A stretch of DNA of 64,000 nucleotides from Gammaproteobacteria bacterium (GTDB lineage Bacteria; Pseudomonadota; Gammaproteobacteria; JABABF01): positions 1,660,502 through 1,724,501 of the forward strand of contig OZ244031.1 of NCBI GenBank assembly GCA_965215045.1, given 5' to 3'. The notes under the pieces were generated by a model. The model saw only the letters and a program-made list of their open reading frames with translations, was not told the DNA's origin and did not search any database. Made by a program: the position numbers and the translations under genes. This document shows, in pieces, positions 41,337 to 51,608 of the stretch (position 1 is its first letter; each line of letters starts with the position of its first letter).

Positions 41337-42187
41337 GCCGCATCGCCGCTTGCATGGAACGCCGGCGCGGGGAGCAGCGCAGCGCCCTGGTTCCGTACCT
41401 GGTCGCCGGTGATTCCGTCAACCCGGGCGGCACGCTGGCCCTGATGCATGTATTGTCGCGGGCGGGTGCCGATATCATCGAACTGGGCTGTCCTTTTTCC
41501 GATCCGATGGCGGAGGGACCGGTGATTCAACGGGCCCATCAACGTTCCCTGGAAAACGGGACCACGCTGCAGTCGGTGTTGCACACGGTCAGTGAATTTC
41601 GCTCTGACAACGCGGAGACCCCGGTCGTGCTGATGGGCTATGTCAATCCCGTGGAGCAGTACGGCTACAGTCAATTTGCAGCCGATGCCGGGGCCGCCGG
41701 TGTCGACGGCCTGCTGTTGGTCGACATGCCGGCGGAGAGCGCACTGGAGTTTTCCCGGCTGTTGCGGGAAGCGGGACTGGATATGATTTTCCTGGCCACG
41801 TTGACGACCTCTACCGGGCGCCTGCAAAAGATCGTCAAATTGGCGACGGGATACCTGTACTACGTGTCGTTGAAGGGAGTGACGGGGGCGGACTCCCTGC
41901 AACTGGAGGAATTGGCAGCGGGACTGGAACAGCTGCGCGCCCTGAGCACGGTTCCGGTCTGTGCCGGTTTCGGGGTCAAGACTCCGGAGATGGCTGCGGC
42001 GGTGGGACGCATCGCCGATGGTGTGGTGGTGGGCAGCCTGTTGATCGCCCGCCTGGAAGCCTGCGCGGTGCAGGGGCGGGGGCGGGAACCGGGGAATGAT
42101 GCAGATGATGCAGAGACGGCAGCGGAGACCCTGGTGCGTTCCTTCCGGGCCTCCCTGGATGGACAGAAGACCGGGGATGCGGCATGA
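41333..42187 (+). CDS. trpA: Tryptophan synthase alpha chain
   Basis: IELG[14 protein letters not shown], GVTG and GFG. Confidence 0.96.
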   Translation: MSRIAACMERRRGEQRSALVPYLVAGDSVNPGGTLALMHVLSRAGADIIELGCPFSDPMAEGPVIQRAHQRSLENGTTLQSVLHTVSEFRSDNAETPVVLMGYVNPVEQYGYSQFAADAGAAGVDGLLLVDMPAESALEFSRLLREAGLDMIFLATLTTSTGRLQKIVKLATGYLYYVSLKGVTGADSLQLEELAAGLEQLRALSTVPVCAGFGVKTPEMAAAVGRIADGVVVGSLLIARLEACAVQGRGREPGNDADDAETAAETLVRSFRASLDGQKTGDAA

Positions 42188-43071
42188 GTTGGCTGGATAA
42201 AATCCTGCCCAGTATCGCCACCCGGCGCCGGCGCACCCGCATTCCCGAGGGGGTGTGGACGCGCTGCAACGCCTGCGGTGCCGCGCTCTACAACCCGGAA
42301 CTGGAAGCCAACCTGTACGTCTGCAACAAGTGCGGTTTCCATATCCGCATCCGCGCCCGTCAACGCCTGGCATTTTTCCTGGACCCGGATTCCGCTGCCG
42401 AACTGGCACAGGAAGTGGAACCCGTGGACCGGCTCAAGTTCAAGGATGTCAAACGTTACCGCGAACGGCTGGGCGAGGCGCGCAAGAATACCGGGGAGAC
42501 GGAAGCGCTGGTGGCGATGCGGGGCCTGCTGTACAGCATGCCGCTGGTCTCCGCCGCCTTCGAATTTTCTTTTCACGGCGGTTCCATGGGCTATGCGGTG
42601 GGCGAACGTTTCAGCCGCGCGGCGGAAACCGCACTGCAAGACAATATTCCCCTGGTATGTTTTTCCGCCAGCGGCGGTGCACGCATGCAGGAGGCACTGA
42701 TCTCCCTGATGCAGATGGCCAAGACCAGTGCCGTGCTGCAGCGTATGAAAGACCGCGGCCTGCCCTACATTTCCGTGTTGACGGATCCGGTCTACGGCGG
42801 GGTCTCCGCCAGCCTGGCCTCCCTGGGGGACATCAATATTTCCGAGCCCGGTGTGCGCGCGGGCTTTGCCGGTCCCAATATTATTCGCGACACGATGCGC
42901 ATCAAGGAGTTGCCCCCGGGGTTTCAGAGCAGTGAATTCCTGCTCGAGCACGGGGCCATCGACATGATTGTCCAGCGGGCGGAACTGCGCCCGGTGATCG
43001 CCTCGCTGCTGGCCAAGCTGACCGGGATGTCCGCCGCACCCGCACAGGCGCGCCGCCCCGGGATGCCATGA
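42184..43071 (+). CDS. accD: Acetyl-CoA carboxylase carboxyltransferase beta subunit
   Basis: Zinc finger CxxC...CxxC, GGSMG and SGGARMQE. Confidence 0.96.
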   Translation: MSWLDKILPSIATRRRRTRIPEGVWTRCNACGAALYNPELEANLYVCNKCGFHIRIRARQRLAFFLDPDSAAELAQEVEPVDRLKFKDVKRYRERLGEARKNTGETEALVAMRGLLYSMPLVSAAFEFSFHGGSMGYAVGERFSRAAETALQDNIPLVCFSASGGARMQEALISLMQMAKTSAVLQRMKDRGLPYISVLTDPVYGGVSASLASLGDINISEPGVRAGFAGPNIIRDTMRIKELPPGFQSSEFLLEHGAIDMIVQRAELRPVIASLLAKLTGMSAAPAQARRPGMP

Positions 43072-44408
43072 ACGCGGTGAAGCACAAGAGTTTTTCCCAA
43101 TGGCTGCAGCGCATCGAGGCCCTGCACCCGGAAGAAATCGAGCTGGGGCTGGAACGCCTGCAACAGGTCGCCGCGCGCATGGAACCGCTGCTGCCCGGGA
43201 CCACCGTGCTGACGGTGGCCGGCAGCAACGGCAAGGGTTCCTGCATCGCGGTGCTGGAGGGCATGGCCCTGTGCGAGGGCATCCGGGTGGGTGCCTACAC
43301 GTCTCCGCACCTGCTGCATTTCACGGAGCGCCTGCGCATTGACGGCAGACCGCTGCCCGCCGCGGACTGGTGCGCGGCTTTTGAACGGGTGGAAGCGGCG
43401 CGCGCCGGCGTGCCCTTGACTTTTTTTGAGTTCACCACCCTGGCCGCCCTGCACTTGCTGCGGGAAAAACAGGTGCAATTGGCGCTGCTGGAAGTGGGGC
43501 TGGGTGGGCGCCTGGATGCGGTGAACCTGGTCGAGCCCGAAATCGCGGTGCTGTGCAGCGTGGACCTGGAGCACCAGCAGTGGCTGGGGGAGGACCGGGA
43601 GAGCATCGGCCGGGAAAAAGCCGCGATCTTTCGCCCCGGCCGCATCGCCGTATGCGGCGACCGCGCACCGCCCGACAGCGTGCTGCGCGCGGCCCGGGAC
43701 ACGCAGTGGTATTGCCTGGGTGAACATTTTGATTTTGTAGAGACTGCGCAGCATTGGTCCTGGAGCGGTGGCCGGCGGGGGCGCAGACGTAGACTCTGCG
43801 ATTTGCGCTGCCCGCAACTGGCACCGGAGAGTGCGGCCGTCGCCTTGCAGGCCTGGCATTGCCTGTACCCGGAGCGCAGCTCGCGCGCCACGCTGGAGGC
43901 CGGCCTGGGTGTCAGCCTGCCCGGCAGGCGACAGGCGATGCGCAGGGGCGAACACTCCCTGTTGCTGGACGTGGCGCATAACCCGGCGGCGGCCCGGGGT
44001 CTGTGTTCTTTCCTGGGGGAGGGCGCAAAATACCGTGCGGTTTGCGGTATGCTGGCGGACAAGGATTCTCGCGCTTTTGTTGCGGCACTGGCACCGGCGG
44101 TAGCGACCTGGTACCTGGCGCAACCCGGGACCGGGCGCGCTATGCCCGTCGCCCGGCTGCAAGAGGCCGTGCGCGCTGCGGGCGGGAACTGTCGCGGGGC
44201 GTACGCCAGCGTGTCCGAAGCGCTGTGCGCCGCTGCCGCCGATGCGAAGGCCGGGGAACCGATCCTGGTGACCGGCTCTTTTTACACGGTGGCGGAAGTC
44301 CTGGCAGGGCCGGAACCCGCGCCGCCGCCGCCCGCGGCACATTGCGCGGCGAAGCCTGTTCCCGGGCCTGTTCCCGGACGCGCCGCTCCCGTCGGCGCCC
44401 GGGTCTGA
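43068..44408 (+). CDS. folC: Bifunctional folylpolyglutamate/dihydrofolate synthase
   Basis: [19 protein letters not shown] and LDVAHN. Confidence 0.95.
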   Translation: MNAVKHKSFSQWLQRIEALHPEEIELGLERLQQVAARMEPLLPGTTVLTVAGSNGKGSCIAVLEGMALCEGIRVGAYTSPHLLHFTERLRIDGRPLPAADWCAAFERVEAARAGVPLTFFEFTTLAALHLLREKQVQLALLEVGLGGRLDAVNLVEPEIAVLCSVDLEHQQWLGEDRESIGREKAAIFRPGRIAVCGDRAPPDSVLRAARDTQWYCLGEHFDFVETAQHWSWSGGRRGRRRRLCDLRCPQLAPESAAVALQAWHCLYPERSSRATLEAGLGVSLPGRRQAMRRGEHSLLLDVAHNPAAARGLCSFLGEGAKYRAVCGMLADKDSRAFVAALAPAVATWYLAQPGTGRAMPVARLQEAVRAAGGNCRGAYASVSEALCAAAADAKAGEPILVTGSFYTVAEVLAGPEPAPPPPAAHCAAKPVPGPVPGRAAPVGARV

Positions 44409-44918
44409 ACGGTAAATTTTTTCTGCATGGGTCTGGGCGATGAATGAAAAAATAAGAAACCGGATCATCGGCGGGGTCGTGCTGGTGTGCCTGCTGATTA
44501 TCGTCGTGCCGCTTTTGAATGCGCCGCCTGAAGAGGGGGACGAGGCGGCGGTGCGCACGCCGCCATTGCCCCCTTCCTTGCAGGTGCCAGCAGCGGAGGA
44601 GGCCGTCTCTGCCGACCGCCGCCGCCCGCGGCACATTGCGCGGCGAAGCCTGTTCCCGGGCCTGTTCCCGGACGCGCCGCTCCCGTCGGCGCCCGGGTCT
44701 GAACGGTAAATTTTTTCTGCATGGGTCTGGGCGATGAATGAAAAAATAAGAAACCGGATCATCGGCGGGGTCGTGCTGGTGTGCCTGCTGATTATCGTCG
44801 TGCCGCTTTTGAATGCGCCGCCTGAAGAGGGGGACGAGGCGGCGGTGCGCACGCCGCCATTGCCCCCTTCCTTGCAGGTGCCAGCAGCGGAGGAGGCCGT
44901 CTCTGCCGACCGCCGCCG
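44322..44918 (+). repeat. Perfect 294-bp tandem duplication with a 9-bp CCGCCGCCG junction microhomology
   Basis: 44322-44615 matches 44616-44909 by eye. CCGCCGCCG occurs at 44322, 44616 and 44910. Confidence 0.93.
44440..44709 (+). pseudogene. Truncated chimeric copy of dedD (N-terminal TM plus out-of-frame folC tail)
   Basis: First ~62 aa are identical to the ORF at 44734; the rest is the duplicated folC 3' end in another frame. Confidence 0.75.
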
Positions 44919-45252
44919 TCGACGCATCGAGGCGCGCTTTAATGACTGGGAGAATTTTCTCCGCGAGGGGGGCGGGCGGGAGGACGCCCGCGCTGCACCC
45001 CAGATGGCGGCAGATGCATGCCGCGTGCGCGTCGGTATTTTTGCCCAGCCCGATACCATCGTGCAGAGCCTGCGCGATGAAGGGCACCAGGTGAGGCTGC
45101 AAGACTGGGGGCAGAACGCCGACGGTGCCGAACTGTTTGCCGTCTATGTCGGTGGGACGATGCAATGCGGGGATGCCGGGGGGCTGCAGGATGCATTGCA
45201 GGCACGCTACGGCGTGCGCGCGCTGATTGAATACAATAACGGCCCCCCGTAG
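44734..45252 (+). CDS. dedD: DedD-like cell division protein (TM plus divergent SPOR domain)
   Basis: RNRIIG-x-x-VLV-x-L-x-II-x-x-P N-terminus; canonical folC-dedD-cvpA order. Confidence 0.75.
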   Translation: MNEKIRNRIIGGVVLVCLLIIVVPLLNAPPEEGDEAAVRTPPLPPSLQVPAAEEAVSADRRRRRIEARFNDWENFLREGGGREDARAAPQMAADACRVRVGIFAQPDTIVQSLRDEGHQVRLQDWGQNADGAELFAVYVGGTMQCGDAGGLQDALQARYGVRALIEYNNGPP

Positions 45253-45265
45253 GGAATGCCCTGGA

Positions 45266-45847
45266 ATGACTTATCTCGATTGGACCATCGTCTCCGTCAT
45301 CGCCGGGTGCATGTTCCTGTTTGCGTTGCGCGGTTTCGTGCGCCAGGCCATGGGGTTCCTGATACTGACGACGGCGATCCTGGGTGCCTGGGCCTACCGT
45401 GAAGTGACCGGTGCCTGGTTGCAGAATTACGTGGAACCGGAGTGGTTGCGGGAAGCCCTGGGTTTTGTCGGGGTATTTTTCGTCATCATGCTCTTGGGCT
45501 CCGTGCTGACCTGGAGCTTCGTGCGCCTGCGCGGCAGCCTGGGACTGGGTGCCATCGACCGCCTGCTGGGCATGGCACTGGGCGGTGCCACGGGGTTTTT
45601 ACTCGCCTGGGGCGTGCTGCTGCTCCTGCAGCAACCGCTGGGAGGATATTCCTGGTGGAGCGAGTCCAAGACGGCTCCCCTGGTGCTGGACCTGGGTGCC
45701 CGGTTGCGCGAGAGAGTAGACTTCGCAACGCTCTGGGAGAGTGTGCGGGAGTTCGCCCCCCAAGAAGCGGAACAACTCCCGGAGGCACTGCAGACGCTGC
45801 AGCAACAACTGCGTCCGGATGCCGAAGCAGAGCAGGGGACGGAATAA
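45266..45847 (+). CDS. cvpA: CvpA family membrane protein
   Basis: LDW-x-I...RGF and DRLLG...G; lies before purF. Confidence 0.9.
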   Translation: MTYLDWTIVSVIAGCMFLFALRGFVRQAMGFLILTTAILGAWAYREVTGAWLQNYVEPEWLREALGFVGVFFVIMLLGSVLTWSFVRLRGSLGLGAIDRLLGMALGGATGFLLAWGVLLLLQQPLGGYSWWSESKTAPLVLDLGARLRERVDFATLWESVREFAPQEAEQLPEALQTLQQQLRPDAEAEQGTE

Positions 45848-47322
45848 TGTGCGGTCTGTGCGGTATCGTGGCGCAGAAGGATGTCAATCATTCCCTGTAC
45901 GAGGCCCTGAACCTTCTGCAGCACCGGGGCCAGGATGCCGCCGGTATCGTCACCTGCCAGGAGGGACATTTTTTTCAGCGCCGCGGCACCGGCCTGGTGC
46001 GCGATATCTTCCAGGAAGAACATATCCTGCGGCTGGTGGGCGACATGGGCCTGGGACACGTGCGCTACCCGACGACCGGCAGCCTGGACCCGACGCAGAC
46101 CCAGCCCCTGTACGTGAACTCGCCCTACGGCATCATGCTGGCGCACAACGGCAACCTGACCAACACCCGCGCATTGCAAAAGGACCTGTCCGAGACGGAC
46201 CACCGGCACCTGAACACCGGTTCGGATTCAGAGGTGTTGCTGAACCTGCTGGCGCGCGAACTGAGTGTCGGGCGGGGTCTGCAACCGACGGTCGAAGATA
46301 TTTTCAAGGCGGTGGCCGCCGTGCATCGCCATTGCCGCGGTGCGTACGCGGTGGTGGCACTGCTGGCCGGGCACGGTATCCTGGGCTTTCGCGACCCGCA
46401 CGGCATTCGCCCGCTGGTCTTCGGTCGCCGCGAAACCATGCGCGGCATGGAATACATGATCACCTCGGAGAGCGTGGCCCTGGAGGCCCTGGATTTTGAA
46501 CTGGAACGCGACGTGGCACCCGGGGAGGCGGTGTACATCGAATGGAACGGCACGGTGCACACCCGGCAGTGCGCCGAGTCGCCGCACCTGTCGCCGTGTA
46601 TTTTTGAACACGTGTACCTGGCGCGCCCGGACTCCATCATGGACCGGGTCTCGGTGTACAAGGCGCGGCTGCGCCAGGGAGAATACCTGGCGCGGAACAT
46701 CGAACGCCTGTGGGGGGATGTGGAAATCGACGTGGTCATCCCGGTGCCGGACACCGGCAGGGTGGCAGCACAGACCATCGCCGAACAGCTGAAGCTGAAG
46801 TTTCGCGAGGGATTGATGAAAAATCGCTATTCCGGGCGCACTTTTATTATGCCGGGCCAGGAGCAGCGCGACCGGGGCGTGCGCCAGAAACTGAACCCGA
46901 TCACCCTCGAGTTTCACAACCGCAACGTGCTGCTGGTCGACGACTCCATCGTGCGCGGCACCACCTCCAGGCAGATTATCGATATGGCGCGTTCGGCGGG
47001 TGCCCGCCGGGTGTATTTCGTCTCCGCCGCCCCGCCGGTGCGTCATCCGAACGTCTACGGCATCGATATGCCGACCCGCCAGGAACTGGTCGCCTGCGGT
47101 CGCAGCGAAGAGGAGGTGCGTGCCTGGTTGGGTGCCGACCGCCTGATGTACCAGAGCCTGGAAGACCTGGTCGCCTGTTCCAGCGAGGGCAATCCCGAGA
47201 TTCCCTTTTTCGAATGCTCGGTGTTTGACGGCCACTACATCACCGGCGATGTCGACGAGCAATACCTGCGCCTTCTGGCACAGCAGCGCGGCGTTCCCCG
47301 GGAAGCGCCCAGTCTTATCTGA
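45847..47322 (+). CDS. purF: Amidophosphoribosyltransferase
   Basis: N-terminal MCG, LQHRGQD and VDDSIVRGTT. Confidence 0.97.
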   Translation: MCGLCGIVAQKDVNHSLYEALNLLQHRGQDAAGIVTCQEGHFFQRRGTGLVRDIFQEEHILRLVGDMGLGHVRYPTTGSLDPTQTQPLYVNSPYGIMLAHNGNLTNTRALQKDLSETDHRHLNTGSDSEVLLNLLARELSVGRGLQPTVEDIFKAVAAVHRHCRGAYAVVALLAGHGILGFRDPHGIRPLVFGRRETMRGMEYMITSESVALEALDFELERDVAPGEAVYIEWNGTVHTRQCAESPHLSPCIFEHVYLARPDSIMDRVSVYKARLRQGEYLARNIERLWGDVEIDVVIPVPDTGRVAAQTIAEQLKLKFREGLMKNRYSGRTFIMPGQEQRDRGVRQKLNPITLEFHNRNVLLVDDSIVRGTTSRQIIDMARSAGARRVYFVSAAPPVRHPNVYGIDMPTRQELVACGRSEEEVRAWLGADRLMYQSLEDLVACSSEGNPEIPFFECSVFDGHYITGDVDEQYLRLLAQQRGVPREAPSLI

Positions 47323-47351
47323 AAGTCGGCGGCGAGGCGGGAGGCAGGTCC

Positions 47352-48560
47352 ATGGGCGAGAAGGGCGGCAACAAGAAAACTGCGCGGGCCTCCCCGGCCT
47401 TTGACACGCTGGCGGTGCGCGCGGGCCAGAAGCGCACGCCCGAGGGAGAGCACAGTGACCCGCTGTTTTTGACCTCCAGTTACGTGTTCGATAACGCGGC
47501 GCAGGCGGCACAGCGTTTTGCCGGTGAAGAAGAGGGCAATGTCTACTCGCGCTACACCAACCCGACCGTGGCGGCTTTCGAGCAACGCCTGGCCGCACTG
47601 GAGGGTGCCGGGGACTGTGTCGGAACCTCCTCCGGCATGGCGGCGATCCTGTGCCTGTGCATGGCACTCCTGCAGGGTGGCGATCATATCCTGTGCTCCC
47701 GCGGCGTGTTCGGTGCCACCATCGTGCTGCTAGAGAAATTCCTGTCCCGCTTTGGCGTCGAACTGGACTTTGTCTCGCCGACGGAGTTGCAGGAATGGCG
47801 CGATGCGGTGCGCGCGAACACGCGCCTGTTGTTCCTGGAAAGCCCGTCCAACCCGCTCTGCGAAGTCAGTGATATCGCGGCCCTGGCGGAACTGGCGCAC
47901 GGTGCCGGGGCACTGCTGGCAGTCGACAATTGTTTTTGCACGCCGGCCCTGCAGCGCCCGCTCGCCCTGGGCGCAGACCTGGTCGTGCACTCGGCCACCA
48001 AGTACCTGGACGGGCACGGCCGTTGCCTGGGCGGTGCGGTGCTGGGAGAGGCGGAGCTGATCGCCGAAGTGCGCTCTTTTATTCGCGCCGCCGGCCCGGT
48101 GATGAGTCCTTTCAACGCCTGGGTATTTCACACCGGCCTCGAGACCCTGTCCCTGCGTATGGCCCGGCATTGCGACAATGCCCTGCAACTCGCGCACTGG
48201 CTCGACGCCCACCCGAAGGTGGAACAGGTTTTCTACGCCGGTCTGCCCGCTCACCCGGGCCATGAGCTGGCCCTGCGCCAGCAACCGCAGGGCTTTGGCG
48301 GGGTGCTGTCCTTTCGCCTGGGCGGCGGACGCGAGCGCAGTTGGGCATTGATCGATGCGGTGCGCCTGTTGTCGCTGACGGCCAACCTGGGCGATGCCAA
48401 GAGCACGATTGTGCATCCCGCCACCACGACTCACGGGCGTCTCAGCGAAGAGGCGCGTGCGGCCGCGGGCATCAGCGAGGACCTGGTGCGCATTGCCGCG
48501 GGGCTGGAGGATATCGCCGATCTCCAAGAGGACCTGGAACAGGCCCTGCAAAAAATTTAA
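47352..48560 (+). CDS. metZ: O-succinylhomoserine sulfhydrylase
   Basis: YSRYTNPT, SGMAAI and HSATKY (PLP lysine); purF-metZ synteny. Confidence 0.92.
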   Translation: MGEKGGNKKTARASPAFDTLAVRAGQKRTPEGEHSDPLFLTSSYVFDNAAQAAQRFAGEEEGNVYSRYTNPTVAAFEQRLAALEGAGDCVGTSSGMAAILCLCMALLQGGDHILCSRGVFGATIVLLEKFLSRFGVELDFVSPTELQEWRDAVRANTRLLFLESPSNPLCEVSDIAALAELAHGAGALLAVDNCFCTPALQRPLALGADLVVHSATKYLDGHGRCLGGAVLGEAELIAEVRSFIRAAGPVMSPFNAWVFHTGLETLSLRMARHCDNALQLAHWLDAHPKVEQVFYAGLPAHPGHELALRQQPQGFGGVLSFRLGGGRERSWALIDAVRLLSLTANLGDAKSTIVHPATTTHGRLSEEARAAAGISEDLVRIAAGLEDIADLQEDLEQALQKI

Positions 48561-49375
48561 TCACCGGCACCCAGGCCGGGCACGCAAAACCAGCGGCAGT
48601 CCGCAAGGCGCAACATGCACAGATCGCCGCCCCAGACGCAGCCGCGGTCCAGGGCGTACACCCCGGGCGCATCACAATGCCCGCGCAGTGCCGACCAGTG
48701 CCCGAACAGGATCCGACGCTCCGGCTCACTGCGCCGATGCGCATACCAGGGCCGGTACCCGGCAGGGGCCTCTTCCGGTGGCCCCTTGCTGCGCAGGGCG
48801 AGCCGCCCGTCGGCATCGCACAAGCGCATGCGCAGCAGGTAATTGCAGATCAGGCGCAGGCGGGGCATCCCCTGCAGGGACTCGTCCCAGGCATCCGGCA
48901 GGTTGCCGCGGAACTGGCGCAGAAAATCGGCGTAATCTTCACCCCGCAACGCCGCCTCCACCTCGCGGGCATAAGCCGATGCCTGCTCCACACTCCAAAT
49001 ATGGGGCAGCCCGGCGTGCACCATGAGCCAGTTCTGTCCGGGCTCGTCGACCAGCAGTGGTTGCCCGCGCAGCCACTGTAACAACTGCTCGCAGTCCGGT
49101 GCTTGCAGCACCTCGTCCAGGGTGTCGCCGGGCTTGGGGGCCGCGTCCCCGTAGGCGATTGCCAGCAGGTGCAGGTCATGGTTGCCCAGTACGACCCGCA
49201 GCGAAGTCCGCATCTGGTACAAAAAGCGCAGAACCTCCAGGGAATCCGGCCCGCGATTGACCAGGTCGCCGACCACCCACAGGCAGTCATTGCGCGGTGA
49301 AAATTGCACCTTGTGCAACAGCCTTTGCAGCGGCTGCAGGCAACCCTGGATGTCGCCGATCGCGTACTCCGTCAT
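48557..49375 (-). CDS. apaH: Symmetrical Ap4A hydrolase
   Basis: IGDIQGC, GDLVNRGP, LGNHD and FGHW. Confidence 0.96.
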   Translation of the reverse strand: MTEYAIGDIQGCLQPLQRLLHKVQFSPRNDCLWVVGDLVNRGPDSLEVLRFLYQMRTSLRVVLGNHDLHLLAIAYGDAAPKPGDTLDEVLQAPDCEQLLQWLRGQPLLVDEPGQNWLMVHAGLPHIWSVEQASAYAREVEAALRGEDYADFLRQFRGNLPDAWDESLQGMPRLRLICNYLLRMRLCDADGRLALRSKGPPEEAPAGYRPWYAHRRSEPERRILFGHWSALRGHCDAPGVYALDRGCVWGGDLCMLRLADCRWFCVPGLGAGD

Positions 49376-49442
49376 ACGCTTTCAGCAATCACAGCAGTCC
49401 GTGGGAGCGTGAAGGCCTGCCTGGAGGCCGGGCGGTGTGTCT

Positions 49443-49829
49443 TCAATTCAGCAAGTGGGGCGGGGTGAGATAAAAGCGCGGAATCGGCACGTCGAAGGTG
49501 TTGCCTTCATCATCGCACATGCGGTAACTGCCCGACATGCTGCCGCCATTGCCATTCACCAGGGCACCGCTGGTGTAGCGAAAACTGTCGCCCGAACGGA
49601 TGACCGGTTGCCGGCCGACCACGCCCTCGCCGTGCACCTCCTGGGTGACCTGCTCCCCCTCGTCGGTGATAATCCAGTGCCGTTCCAGGAGTTGCACGGT
49701 AAATGGACAGAGATTGTGAATGGTGATCGTGTAGGCGAAGGCGTGCTGTCCCTGCTCGGGATCGGAGTGTTCTTCCAGGTAGCGACTCTCCACCCCGATG
49801 TCGATGTTGATTTTCTGCTCCGCGCTCAT
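49443..49829 (-). CDS. apaG: ApaG protein
   Basis: FAYTITI, RHW-x-ITD and G-x-GVVG-x-QP. Confidence 0.96.
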   Translation of the reverse strand: MSAEQKINIDIGVESRYLEEHSDPEQGQHAFAYTITIHNLCPFTVQLLERHWIITDEGEQVTQEVHGEGVVGRQPVIRSGDSFRYTSGALVNGNGGSMSGSYRMCDDEGNTFDVPIPRFYLTPPHLLN

Positions 49830-50614
49830 TTTGTCTCCCTGTGCAACAGTGCGCTGATGCGCAAAAATTTTTCCAGGCCAAGTTGTTCAGCGCGCAGCCC
49901 CGCATCGATACCGGCAGCTGCCAGGGCCCCTGCTTCCACTGCTCCCTCCAGCGATCGGCGCAGGGTCTTGCGCCGCTGCTGAAACGCCAGGCGCAGCACC
50001 CGGTCCAGTTTCTCTTCCTGGATGTGCGACGGGAGCGGTCGGCGCAGAATGAATTCTACCACGGAGGAAAGCACCTTCGGCGGCGGTTGAAAAGCACCCG
50101 CGTGTATGGAAAACAGCCGGCGGATCGAAGTGCAATAAAAGCGTGCCATCACCGTGAGCCTGCCGTACTCGCGCCCGCCGGGCGCAGCGGTCAGCCGCCG
50201 GGCCACCTCCTGTTGCAGCATCAGGTGCAGGTCCCGGACCCGGACGCCGCAGCGGAAAAAATGAAACAGCAGCGGGGCGGAAATGTTATAGGGCAGGTTG
50301 CCGACAATGCGGATCTCCCCGTCGCCGGCGACACCGCTGAAATCGAAATTGCGGGCGTCCTCCAGGTGCAGGGAAAAATTCTTCCGGCCGCCAAAGCGTC
50401 GGCGCAGGCGCGGTGCCAGGCGCCTGTCGATTTCCACCGCGTGCAACACGGCACCGGAGTCCAGCAGCGGCCCGGTCAGCGCCCCCCGTCCCGGCCCGAT
50501 CTCGACGATGGTATCTCGCGGGCCCGGTGCGATCGCCTCGATGATGCGCTGGATGACACCCCGCTCGTGCAGAAAATGCTGTCCCAGCAGCTTAAGGGGC
50601 GGTGGCGTCTGCAC
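49826..50614 (-). CDS. rsmA: 16S rRNA dimethyltransferase
   Basis: LGQHFL, EIGPG-x-G and NLPY. GTG start inferred. Confidence 0.95.
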   Translation of the reverse strand: MQTPPPLKLLGQHFLHERGVIQRIIEAIAPGPRDTIVEIGPGRGALTGPLLDSGAVLHAVEIDRRLAPRLRRRFGGRKNFSLHLEDARNFDFSGVAGDGEIRIVGNLPYNISAPLLFHFFRCGVRVRDLHLMLQQEVARRLTAAPGGREYGRLTVMARFYCTSIRRLFSIHAGAFQPPPKVLSSVVEFILRRPLPSHIQEEKLDRVLRLAFQQRRKTLRRSLEGAVEAGALAAAGIDAGLRAEQLGLEKFLRISALLHRETK

Positions 50615-51608
50615 TCTGCTCGGGCGTTCTGCGCGCCAGTTCTGTGGCGCAGCGCAGTGCTTGTTCCAGGCTGTCGCCGCGGGCGTTCCCGCTGCCGGCA
50701 ATTTCCAGCGCGGTGCCGTGGTCCACCGAGGTGCGCACAAAGGGCAGTCCCAGGGTGATGTTGACCGCCTGGCCGAAACCCAGGTGTTTGAGTACCGGCA
50801 GGCCCTGGTCGTGGTACATCGCCAGCACCGCATCCGCGGTCTCCAGGTGCTGTGCCGTGAACAGGGTATCCGCCGCCAGCGGCCCCTCCAGCTGCAGTCC
50901 CTCTGCGCGCAAACTCTCCAGGCAGGGTGCGATGACCGTCTGCTCTTCGTCTCCCAGTGCGCCATCATCGCCGGCGTGCGGGTTGAGGCCGCAGACGAGA
51001 ATACGCGGATGGGGCAGTCCAAATTGCTCCCGCAGGGCACTTTCCAGTACGCGGATCGTGCGTTCCAGGCTCTGCCGCTCGATACGCCCGGGGACCTCCT
51101 TCAGGGGCAGGTGCGTGGTCGCCAGCGCGACGCGCAGGGAATCCGTGCACAACATCATCACCGGCTGCGGAGTATCGCTGAGTGCGGCCAGGAACTCGGT
51201 GTGTCCGTGGAAGGGGATGCCGGAGCGCACCAGGTGCCCCTTGTGCACCGGCCCGGTGACCAGTGCCTGGAATTCCCCGTTCATGCACAGTGCCGCCGCG
51301 CGCCGCAGCGTGGCTACAACATACTGCGCATTGGCAGCATCCAGTTGCCCGGCACGGGTCGGGCGCCCGCTTTGCACCGGCAGCACGGACAGCGAACCGG
51401 CCTCGCAGACCGGCGGGTCCGCCGCATCCACCAGCACATGCAGATGCAACGGCAGTCCCAGCATCTTGGCGCGGTTGTCGAGCAGTGCCGGGTCGGCGAC
51501 GGCCACGATCGCCTGTGTGCGCTCCCGCTGCGCCAACTGCACCGCCAGGTCGGGGCCGACCCCGGCAGGTTCACCCGGTGTCAGGAGAATGCGCGGCGTC
51601 CCGTTCAC
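50592..51608 (-). CDS. pdxA: 4-hydroxythreonine-4-phosphate dehydrogenase
   Basis: GEPAG-x-GP, LNPHAG, MYHDQG and RTSVDHGTA. Confidence 0.96.
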   Translation of the reverse strand: MNGTPRILLTPGEPAGVGPDLAVQLAQRERTQAIVAVADPALLDNRAKMLGLPLHLHVLVDAADPPVCEAGSLSVLPVQSGRPTRAGQLDAANAQYVVATLRRAAALCMNGEFQALVTGPVHKGHLVRSGIPFHGHTEFLAALSDTPQPVMMLCTDSLRVALATTHLPLKEVPGRIERQSLERTIRVLESALREQFGLPHPRILVCGLNPHAGDDGALGDEEQTVIAPCLESLRAEGLQLEGPLAADTLFTAQHLETADAVLAMYHDQGLPVLKHLGFGQAVNITLGLPFVRTSVDHGTALEIAGSGNARGDSLEQALRCATELARRTPEQSADATAP

